A stretch of 37,003 nucleotides of DNA from Promethearchaeota archaeon (GTDB lineage Archaea; Asgardarchaeota; Lokiarchaeia; Sigyniarchaeales; SOKP01), in assembly GCA_016930515.1 (NCBI GenBank), contig JAFGGO010000015.1:1-37003 (forward strand). Direction: 5' to 3'. The position numbers and the translations under genes are program-made. The notes beneath the pieces are model-generated. The model saw only the letters and a list, made by a program, of their open reading frames with translations, was not told the DNA's origin and made no database searches. The first letter of the stretch is position 1, and every line of letters starts with the position of its first letter. Positions 1 to 7,825 of this stretch are shown here, in pieces.

Positions 1-150
1 ATGATGGAGTACGAGCAGAAATCCAAGGCCGATCGGGTACTAATCGAGTACGTGAAGGTTCTCCAGGATGCTTACGCCAGCAAGCGCTCCCAAGAAAAAA
101 AATCGCTCAAGGCTTCGATTCGAAAGAAAATGAACTTGATTAAAAAATAA
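1..150 (+). CDS. 3' end of a hypothetical protein (probably truncated by window start)
   Basis: Frame +1 is open from base 1 to TAA at 148-150 (MMEYEQKSKADRVLIEYVKVLQDAYASKRSQEKKSLKASIRKKMNLIKK) and is followed by a T-rich tract. Family not recognised. Confidence 0.6.
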   Translation: MMEYEQKSKADRVLIEYVKVLQDAYASKRSQEKKSLKASIRKKMNLIKK

Positions 151-184
151 TTTTTTCCTTTTTTACTTGTTTTTTTATATTTTT
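151..184 (+). terminator. Archaeal-type oligo-T terminator region
   Basis: ttttttcctt ttttacttgt ttttttatat tttt immediately after a stop codon. Confidence 0.4.
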
Positions 185-207
185 AGTACTTGCAGAAGTT
201 TATAAGG

Positions 208-221
208 TAAAACTTTTATAA
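208..221 (+). promoter_or_regulatory. Candidate BRE/TATA promoter of the longin-GTPase gene
   Basis: taaaacttttataa (A-run, then TTTATAA) about 35-45 nt upstream of ATG 255. The AT-rich background lowers specificity. Confidence 0.3.
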
Positions 222-254
222 TATTTTTAAAGTAAGAATATAAGATTTTTTAAA

Positions 255-1652
255 ATGCTCCGCCAAGTTTTCATCGTCTACAAAAACGAAGTTATTTACA
301 AAAGGACATACGGGAACGCTTTAAGTACCTCCGAAATTGAGGATGTGTCCTTTAAAATCCAAGCAGAGACTAAAAAAAAGCTAGCGAAACTTATAGGTTA
401 TTATGACTTTCTTAAATATAAGATTGCTTACCTCATTGACACTGAAACTGAACTAATCTTTATATTCGTCACAGGTTTAATGGACGATTTTTATAGGCAT
501 GTCCGACCCGAACTTGAGCGTTTTAAAGACAAGTTTACAAAGCGTTATCACTTAGACATTCCTAAAAAAAGGTTAAATAACTTACAATTCGAAGAATTAG
601 ACAAAGAAATCGATCTAATGCATCAAAACATTCCGACTAAGATTGCAGTCGTGGGATTTGCGGGAGTTGGAAAAACAACCATTAAATCCCTCATCAAGAT
701 GGATGCCCTACCTCTTCAACACATACCGACGATATCGGGCGACGTTGCTACGATACAAGTGGGTAAATTAAAATTTAGATTGTTCGATTTCGCAGGTCAA
801 GACGAGTTTAAGTATTTGTGGAAGGGTTTTTTACGGGGAAGTCAAGCTGTCTTGGTTGTTACCGAATCGACGCAAAGTAATTTGGATAAAAGCACCTTCT
901 TCTTAGAACTCATCCAAAGCGAGGTACCACACGCCCGAACTGCCATTATTGCGAACAAACAGGACCTAAGAGGAGCTTTATCGGTTGAAAAAGTTGAAAA
1001 CTTCTTCAAACTGAAGACGTATCCTATGGTAGCAAACCGCAAGGAAAATAGGAACAAGATGATACGAATCATCGCAGATGTAATGGACATCAACCCTGAA
1101 TCGTCTCCATTAATCAGGGAATTATTTGAAAACGTTGATCCCATCAATATATTTGAGAAAACAGCAAAATTAGGCGATGTAAGTTCTCAGACAACAGTGA
1201 TCGCCACTTCTAAAACCACTGAAGCCGTCCCAGAAATCTTAAATGAAAAAACGACCATGGAAAAAATCGAAACCCTCGATGCTCAAGAAAAAGCTGAACT
1301 TACAATGTCCTATTTGGATCCCATCCAAAGACGGAAATTAGTACAATCAAAAACAATTATACAACAAAATATAACCGAATCCAGCGTCGTCTCGGATTTA
1401 TTTTCCGAAGTGTCTCGGGAAATCATGGAAGCTGGGAAGGATGCAATCAAGACTCATGTGAGCAATAGCGCTTCAAATCTCATAAACGCCCTTAATTGTG
1501 CGTTTTTAACGAAAAGTAATCCTGAAAAATATCCAAATTTTAGCTCGCACCTCAAGGCCTTTAAATTAGATGTGCTTAAAACTTCGGATCTTAACGAGGT
1601 GCGCGCATTATATATTAAATGTTTAGAACGAATTGCTGATTGGGAAGCTTAA
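255..1652 (+). CDS. Longin-like domain + Arf/Ras-family small GTPase with long C-terminal extension
   Basis: G1 GFAGVGKT (aa134-141), G2 PTI, G3 DFAGQ followed by Arf-like FKYLW, G4 NKQD. The N-terminal ~125 aa has a beta-beta-alpha-beta-beta-beta-alpha-alpha pattern typical of longin domains. Confidence 0.8.
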   Translation: MLRQVFIVYKNEVIYKRTYGNALSTSEIEDVSFKIQAETKKKLAKLIGYYDFLKYKIAYLIDTETELIFIFVTGLMDDFYRHVRPELERFKDKFTKRYHLDIPKKRLNNLQFEELDKEIDLMHQNIPTKIAVVGFAGVGKTTIKSLIKMDALPLQHIPTISGDVATIQVGKLKFRLFDFAGQDEFKYLWKGFLRGSQAVLVVTESTQSNLDKSTFFLELIQSEVPHARTAIIANKQDLRGALSVEKVENFFKLKTYPMVANRKENRNKMIRIIADVMDINPESSPLIRELFENVDPINIFEKTAKLGDVSSQTTVIATSKTTEAVPEILNEKTTMEKIETLDAQEKAELTMSYLDPIQRRKLVQSKTIIQQNITESSVVSDLFSEVSREIMEAGKDAIKTHVSNSASNLINALNCAFLTKSNPEKYPNFSSHLKAFKLDVLKTSDLNEVRALYIKCLERIADWEA

Positions 1653-1655
1653 AAA

Positions 1656-1892
1656 TTAATTGTGCGTCAATAAATATTTTTCTGCTAATTCTTCCAAGCG
1701 TTCTCTTGCTAGATATTGAAGGTCTCTGGTTCCATGGAGCGTGATCTTAACTTCTTTTCCTTCGATTATTACTGTCAAGTTAATGTAATTTATTTTTTTT
1801 TTGACATCTTCTAAAAATTTTATTGTGTCTTCTAAAGAGTCGTTAGTGTTTTGAAATCTGACGATCATTTTCCTACCAGCCACGATTCTCAC
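1656..1892 (-). CDS. Small hypothetical protein resembling the N-terminal domain of DUF2067
   Basis: 78 aa ORF directly downstream of csl4, where DUF2067 lies in many archaea. Pattern VKITLHGTRD...RERLEEL recalls DUF2067 LKINxxGTK...IRxI (from memory). Confidence 0.6.
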   Translation of the reverse strand: MRIVAGRKMIVRFQNTNDSLEDTIKFLEDVKKKINYINLTVIIEGKEVKITLHGTRDLQYLARERLEELAEKYLLTHN

Positions 1893-1921
1893 GCTCTCTG
1901 ATTTATCTATAAAAAAAAGAA

Positions 1922-2521
1922 TTATAATATCAAGTCCATGTTGACATTCCGATAATCGTCCGCAAGCTTTCGATTTTCAATGTTTCCACACATCGAACAT
2001 TGCAACTTGTTAAAACCGATCTTATCCAAGGTGGTCCCACATATCGTGCAATCTGCGTGAATAATCCCCAGATTTTTTCCAACAGTACTAAGTTTGAACT
2101 CGTTTGATTCTTTTCCAATGACTTTCGCTCGAACAATATCCGTTCCCTGAAACGCATCTTGAATCTTTTCGACATACTTGTTTGAGATCTCGCTCACGTG
2201 AATGTTTCCCATGTAAGAACTGTTGAAATGCAACTTGTTGTTAATGGCACAGAAATCAACACCCACGGAATAAGCTCTTACGAATAAAATTGTTCCTATA
2301 ATAATATCCCCAATTTTTACGGTCTTTCTTTCGTCGTCGTTTGCGTGAAGGATGGCTATCTCACGTTTCCTGCTATCAATGTGTGTGGTGCCAGTTTTTG
2401 TAGAGAAGATTTCTCCGTCTTTCACGTAAGTAGAATTTTTATTTGGTAGGAATTCTTCGACAACACCTAAATACTGACCCGTCATTACGAATTCCTTGTT
2501 TTTAACACTTTTTTTATTCAT
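1922..2521 (-). CDS. csl4: Exosome complex RNA-binding component Csl4
   Basis: FVMTGQYLGVVEEFLP N-terminus, S1 domain (GNIHVSEIS...DIVRAKV), Zn ribbon CTIC...CSMCGNIENRKLA. ATG 2521; alternative GTG 2530. Confidence 0.95.
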   Translation of the reverse strand: MNKKSVKNKEFVMTGQYLGVVEEFLPNKNSTYVKDGEIFSTKTGTTHIDSRKREIAILHANDDERKTVKIGDIIIGTILFVRAYSVGVDFCAINNKLHFNSSYMGNIHVSEISNKYVEKIQDAFQGTDIVRAKVIGKESNEFKLSTVGKNLGIIHADCTICGTTLDKIGFNKLQCSMCGNIENRKLADDYRNVNMDLIL

Positions 2522-2635
2522 GTATTTCACAATTATTTAAATAGTATATGAAAAATCTCGTTTTTCTCTTGTATTTAAATAAACAAAATTAAATAAGTTA
2601 AATAAATTTATGCATTATGAAATCGACAAGTTTAG

Positions 2636-3295
2636 GTGCTTTTATTGCTCAAAAAAAAGGATTTGGCTTCGATCGTACAGAACACGCAAGGTTTTAAAAA
2701 TCCAAAAATTAATTTAGAGCAATACTGCATCGATGCCGGTAGCGTGGTAGATTTCGCTTATTTTGCGGGAGTGGAACATGATGATATCCAAAATCAGTTC
2801 ATTTTCGATTTAGGAGCTGGTACGGGTAGAATTTCCATTGCTGCAGCGTTTTTAGGTGCTCAATTCGTGCATTCTATCGACTTAGATTGGGATGCCCTGC
2901 TTATACTTAAAGAAAACATTCATCACGTGAACCTTTGTAATATCATTTCTCCTATATGCGCTGACATCGCTACATTCCCCTTATATAGAAAAAAAAAAAT
3001 AAAATCAACCGATATCACGACTTTAATGAATCCCCCTTTTGGAGTCCAGAAACGAAATGCAGATAGGGTTTTTTTAAAGACAGCTTTTTCTTTCTCGAAA
3101 GTAGTCTATTCAATTCACCTAACAGGAGAGAAAACACGAAAGTTTATATCAAATTTCGCGGATAAATTGGGATGGACGGTTGATTATATAGTTCCATTTA
3201 ACATGCTTTTAGAACGAGCTTATTCTTTTCATAAAGAAAGAGTCAAAAAAATTGATGTTATGATTTATCGATTTATAAAAAAAAGGAAAAGATAA
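2636..3295 (+). CDS. METTL5-family (COG2263) RNA N6-adenine methyltransferase
   Basis: PKINLEQY motif, SAM-binding DLGAGTG, catalytic NPPFG, VVYSIH, C-terminal YSFHK. Adjacent to csl4 as in many archaea. Confidence 0.9.
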   Translation: MLLLLKKKDLASIVQNTQGFKNPKINLEQYCIDAGSVVDFAYFAGVEHDDIQNQFIFDLGAGTGRISIAAAFLGAQFVHSIDLDWDALLILKENIHHVNLCNIISPICADIATFPLYRKKKIKSTDITTLMNPPFGVQKRNADRVFLKTAFSFSKVVYSIHLTGEKTRKFISNFADKLGWTVDYIVPFNMLLERAYSFHKERVKKIDVMIYRFIKKRKR

Positions 3296-3335
3296 AAAAT
3301 TACTTCGATTGTGAGTTTTTTGCTCTAATTGAATT

Positions 3336-4640
3336 TTAGTAGAAGTCCTTCCAAGAATCCAATGAGGATGGATATTTCGCATTAGTTCCCAACATTTCTT
3401 CAATTCGGAGTAGTTGATTGTATTTACTCGTTCTATCGGATCTGGCTGTAGCACCAGTTTTAATTTGACCTGTACACAACCCAACGGCTAAGTCTGCGAT
3501 AAAGCAATCCTCCGTCTCACCAGAACGATGAGACACCATGACGTTAAATCCATTTTCAAAAGATAATTTACATGCATTGATGGCCTCCGTTAATGAACCT
3601 ATTTGGTTTACTTTGAGGAGAAGCGCACTACCCGCTTTAGCTTTAATGGCCTTGTCGAGAATATTTATGTTAGTGACTGTAATATCATCATCTACAATCT
3701 GAATGTTCCTATCTACCTTTGCCGTGAGATTTGTAAAACCTCGAAAATCTTTTTCTTCAAATGGGTCTTCGATGGATTTAATAGGATAATCTCGAATTAA
3801 ATCCAAGTAATATTGTAATAATTCGCTTTCGGATAACTTCTTACCATCAATATCGTATTTACCATCGTCGTAAAACTCGCTTGCTGCTGCGTCCATTCCG
3901 AGTACAAAATCGGTTCCTGGAAGGAATCCCGCGCTTTCTATCGCTTCGATGATGATGTCAATTGCGTCCCGTGTTTCTGAAAAATTAGGCGCAAAACCGC
4001 CCTCGTCTCCCACATTTACCGCAGAAGGTCCGTATTTTTTCCTAAGTAATTGCTTTAGGATTTGATAGGTTTCGGCCACGTTTTGAATTGCTTCAGAGAA
4101 CGATTGCGCTCCTACGGGCAAGATCATGAATTCCTGAATTGATAGGTTATTACCCGCGTGTTCGCCACCGTTTAATATATTACAACAAGGGAGTGGAAGC
4201 AAATAATCATTTCTAGTTTTTCCAAAAGCAATTTGATGTAAGTGTTGAAATAAGGGTTTTTCTTCTAGCATTGCCGCAAGTTTTGCAACCGCTAAAGAAA
4301 CGGATAAAATGGCGTTCGCTCCTAGCTTGCTTTTATTTTCTGTCCCATCAATTGCAAGCATTTCTTCGTCTATCTTTTTTTGTTCTCGAGGATCAAATCC
4401 AATTAACTTTTTTGCAATTATCTCGTTAACATTCGATACTGCCTTGGTAACGTGCTTTCCAAGAAACGCCTTGCCGCCATCTCTCAGCTCTAAAGCTTCA
4501 GAAACACCCGTGGAAGCGCCCGAAGGAACTGCTGCTCGAGAAAAGCTCTTTCCAGCACATACGTCTGTCTCGACAGTGGGATTTCCCCTTGAATCTAATA
4601 TCCACCTTGATTTTATGTTAGTTATCTTAAATTCAGTCAT
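3336..4640 (-). CDS. eno: Enolase (phosphopyruvate hydratase)
   Basis: ILDSRGNPTVE, VPSGASTG, GDEGGFAP, LLKVNQIGSLTE, SHRSGETED, QIKTG motifs; 434 aa. Confidence 0.99.
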   Translation of the reverse strand: MTEFKITNIKSRWILDSRGNPTVETDVCAGKSFSRAAVPSGASTGVSEALELRDGGKAFLGKHVTKAVSNVNEIIAKKLIGFDPREQKKIDEEMLAIDGTENKSKLGANAILSVSLAVAKLAAMLEEKPLFQHLHQIAFGKTRNDYLLPLPCCNILNGGEHAGNNLSIQEFMILPVGAQSFSEAIQNVAETYQILKQLLRKKYGPSAVNVGDEGGFAPNFSETRDAIDIIIEAIESAGFLPGTDFVLGMDAAASEFYDDGKYDIDGKKLSESELLQYYLDLIRDYPIKSIEDPFEEKDFRGFTNLTAKVDRNIQIVDDDITVTNINILDKAIKAKAGSALLLKVNQIGSLTEAINACKLSFENGFNVMVSHRSGETEDCFIADLAVGLCTGQIKTGATARSDRTSKYNQLLRIEEMLGTNAKYPSSLDSWKDFY

Positions 4641-4794
4641 CTTTCTATCGCTATTTTTCTTCCTTGATAAAAATATAATGCATTATAAGAACCTTTAATT
4701 CTTATTTATTTCTCAAATTATTCTCAAGTTTTATAAAAAATGTTGTAATAGATCGCACTTATGATAATTCATTTATGAAATATCTTTTAGTGAA

Positions 4795-5634
4795 TCATTT
4801 CTCTCCTATGACTATCAACGGGTTCATGACGAGTTCCATTTCGGTATAATCCGAAAGTTCTTGTTTGATTTCTGTAGTGAGTAATTGCCGTGCAATTGGA
4901 TTTTCCGAGCATATAAATTTCACGTTTTGAAAATGAGAAAGAAATATTTTTTTATAATCGTCCAAACGAAGTTTATTTAAAAAAACATCGGATTTAAAAT
5001 TTTTATCGAGCAAGTGGTTCCACGGTCTTGAAGGATTTATCTCGTGTCCACCGCGCATTTTTGAAAACAAGTCAATCGAAATGTAAAATTTTCCTCCCTT
5101 TTTGAGGACTCTCTTGATTTCTGCAACGCATTTATCCACGTTTTTAAAGTGTTCGAAACTAAGAATCGAAAGCACGAAATCAAATGTATTATCGTGAAAT
5201 TTAATTTCCTCTGCGTTCATTTGAAATACTTTGATTTCTCGAGGCTTCTTGGTCTTTGCTACTCGTTCAAGTTCCTTGTAATAAGTTCTATCCAAAAACA
5301 ACGCCCTGAAAAGGGTTTTTAGGAACCTGTTAATACCATTTTTAGATATAATTGAAATACATGTCCTTACATCGTGCTTGACCAATATAACATCTAAATC
5401 AATCCCTACGACATTATTATTCTTGCTAAAAAGGTATGTGTATTGATATCTTTGACCACACCCTATATCAAGTATTTTTTTATCAGTCAAATCAAACTTA
5501 AATTCTTCAAAGATTTTTTTTTTTATGTTTTTGTATCGATAAAAAGCTGTATTTGCGTGGTATCGAGAGAATTTAAACTGGCTTTTAAACAATTTCAAAT
5601 AATCGAAAAAGCTAGAGCGAGTATAAGTTCTCAT
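4795..5634 (-). CDS. Class I SAM-dependent methyltransferase (Methyltransf_11-like)
   Basis: ILDIGCG, VVGIDL, FDFVLS...FEH, RVLKKGG motifs. Confidence 0.85.
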   Translation of the reverse strand: MRTYTRSSFFDYLKLFKSQFKFSRYHANTAFYRYKNIKKKIFEEFKFDLTDKKILDIGCGQRYQYTYLFSKNNNVVGIDLDVILVKHDVRTCISIISKNGINRFLKTLFRALFLDRTYYKELERVAKTKKPREIKVFQMNAEEIKFHDNTFDFVLSILSFEHFKNVDKCVAEIKRVLKKGGKFYISIDLFSKMRGGHEINPSRPWNHLLDKNFKSDVFLNKLRLDDYKKIFLSHFQNVKFICSENPIARQLLTTEIKQELSDYTEMELVMNPLIVIGEK

Positions 5635-5851
5635 TGTTCAAAAAAGGATATTTAGAAAAGATAATCAGTAAATCAATTTATAGGTGATCTTTTTTGTTGT
5701 AAAATTAGTATTATTAAAAAAATTGTTGTTAAGAAATATTAAATTCCTTGGTAATGCGAGATTTCAATGATTACTTGTAAAAATTAAAAATATTTTAATG
5801 ACACGTAGCGTTTTTATATGTAGATTTTAAATCAATGGGAGAAAGAAAACA

Positions 5852-6823
5852 ATGAACGCGAATGTCGAACACCGTCCGTGGGTTGAAAAATACAGACCCC
5901 GCTTTTTAGCCGATATCGTGAATCAAAGAGGAATCATCAAGCGATTAGAGCAATTCGTAAAGGATTCATCAATGCCACACCTCATTTTTGCAGGTCCCGC
6001 CGGAACGGGGAAAACAACCGCCGCTCTCGCAATGGTTAGAGAACTTTACGGGAAGAAAATGGCACCAAATAGTACTTATTTAGAATTGAACGCAAGCGAC
6101 GCGCGTGGAATAGATGTAATCAGGACTTACATAAAAGATTTCGCTAAAACTCGCCCTCCAGAGGAAATTCCCTTTAAAATCTTGATTTTAGATGAAGCGG
6201 ATAACATGACTGCCCCTGCTCAGCAAGCATTACGAAGAACCATGGAAAAATATACGAAAAATTGTCGCATGATACTCATCTGCAACTATTCAAATAAGAT
6301 CATTCCTCCCATTCAATCCCGATGCGTTGTTTTCAGGTTTTCTTCTTTAAATAACGACGATATCAAGGAGAGATTAAAATTCTTATCGAACAGGGAAGGG
6401 ATAATTGTTAGTCCAGATGGTCTAAACGCTCTCGTCGAAGTTTCACGTGGAGATTGCAGGCGAGCTATTAATTACATGCAATCGTGCGGGACTATCTCCG
6501 ATAAAATCGACCAAGAAATAGTCTTCCGCGTGGCTGGCGAGGTTCCTCCAGAAAGAATTAAACAAATACTCAAAACCTCGCTTGAAGGTCAACTTCAATT
6601 GTCCTTAAAACTCTTGAACGACCTGATTAAAAATTATGGATTATCGGGAACTAATATAATTAAAAATATCCATAGAGAAATATACGAATTAGAAATTAGC
6701 GAAGACATCAAGATAGAACTCGCTAAGTTACTTGCTGAATTCGAATATCGATTGAGTCAAGGAGCAACCGAAGAAATTCAACTTCAAGCCTTACTGGCCA
6801 GCATCGTTCTCTTGAAGGATTGA
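5852..6823 (+). CDS. rfcS: Replication factor C small subunit
   Basis: PWVEKYRP, GPAGTGKT, LELNASDARGID, ILDEAD, IQSRC; no intein. Confidence 0.98.
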   Translation: MNANVEHRPWVEKYRPRFLADIVNQRGIIKRLEQFVKDSSMPHLIFAGPAGTGKTTAALAMVRELYGKKMAPNSTYLELNASDARGIDVIRTYIKDFAKTRPPEEIPFKILILDEADNMTAPAQQALRRTMEKYTKNCRMILICNYSNKIIPPIQSRCVVFRFSSLNNDDIKERLKFLSNREGIIVSPDGLNALVEVSRGDCRRAINYMQSCGTISDKIDQEIVFRVAGEVPPERIKQILKTSLEGQLQLSLKLLNDLIKNYGLSGTNIIKNIHREIYELEISEDIKIELAKLLAEFEYRLSQGATEEIQLQALLASIVLLKD

Positions 6824-7639
6824 AAATAATTCGCACTTGAGTTGATATAGATTTTTTTTACACTCGAAATATGAATTCATGCGAACAAGAGATTTCTGAT
6901 CAATTTGGAACCTTATCTTTTCTCCATAGTTTACATCCCATAAAACGAGCCCTTTTGGATCTGCGGGTTGATAAGTAATATTTTTTGACGAATCAAATAA
7001 ATTTAAAAATTCTTCTAAATTAATAGCTCCAATTCCCACCTCAATAACTTTTTTTGTCATTCTTCTTACTTGCTGCCTCAAAAATCCCTTGCTTTTAAAA
7101 TCAAAAACAAGGAAATCGTCCTTGCATTGAATTGATGCGAGATCAATTGTTCTCTTGGTTTTAAGGTCTTTTAATTCCGCTTCGCTCTTACAAAAGTTAC
7201 GGAAATCGTGAGTTCCTTCCAATTTTTTTAATGCCTTTTTTAATAAATCAATATTAATTTGAGCAATATTGTCTTGAGTATTGTGAATAATATATCTATA
7301 ATGTCTTTGAACTGCATCGTGTCGAGGAGAAAATCCATTATGAACTTCTGCGAAACACCATGCACCGATATCTCGAGGAAGTGCAGAATTTATCTCCATT
7401 AAATGCAAATTCTTCTCTGAAGAAAATGCAAAACACGCACCTCGAGCTGAGACGTGTTTGTCGGTCCTGCTGGCAAATTCAAGCTTTGAATCCAGTGAAC
7501 TAGTGATGTACCCTTTTTTTAATAAAGTTTTTAAGATAACTTCCTCGATTGTTAAAATTCCTGCTTGTCTTTGGGAACCACGATATTTTTTCGATCCAAT
7601 ATAATAATATTTTACAGCATATCTCTTCTTGAATGACAT
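6791..7639 (-). CDS. truA: tRNA pseudouridine(38-40) synthase TruA
   Basis: YRGSQRQ, catalytic ASRTDKHVSA, RHYRY, EGTHDFRNF, GFLRQQVRRM, GLVLWDV. ATG 7639; alternative TTG 7663. Confidence 0.95.
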   Translation of the reverse strand: MSFKKRYAVKYYYIGSKKYRGSQRQAGILTIEEVILKTLLKKGYITSSLDSKLEFASRTDKHVSARGACFAFSSEKNLHLMEINSALPRDIGAWCFAEVHNGFSPRHDAVQRHYRYIIHNTQDNIAQINIDLLKKALKKLEGTHDFRNFCKSEAELKDLKTKRTIDLASIQCKDDFLVFDFKSKGFLRQQVRRMTKKVIEVGIGAINLEEFLNLFDSSKNITYQPADPKGLVLWDVNYGEKIRFQIDQKSLVRMNSYFECKKNLYQLKCELFSILQENDAGQ

Positions 7640-7825
7640 CTCCTTCCAGTTGCCAACTTCCAAGTTTTATTTCAATTGATGAGAAAAGTAACCTTGTAAG
7701 GGTAATCAAACATGGTAAAAAAATATGAAACGTTTTAATGCTAAGGATTTTTTTTTTAGGTAATAATCTATATCAATTGTTTTCAATTTGTAAACAATGA
7801 ACAATTTCTAAAAAAAAAGATACAT

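Noticed and set aside
4309-4698. 129 aa ORF antisense to enolase, and similar short shadow ORFs inside aglB, uvrA/B, infB, EF-2, HAD and RHH
   Set aside because: They lie within or antisense to well-supported conserved genes and have shadow-frame composition.
5852-6823. Inteins in rfcS (and infB), which are common intein hosts
   Set aside because: Both proteins have normal length and contiguous motifs.
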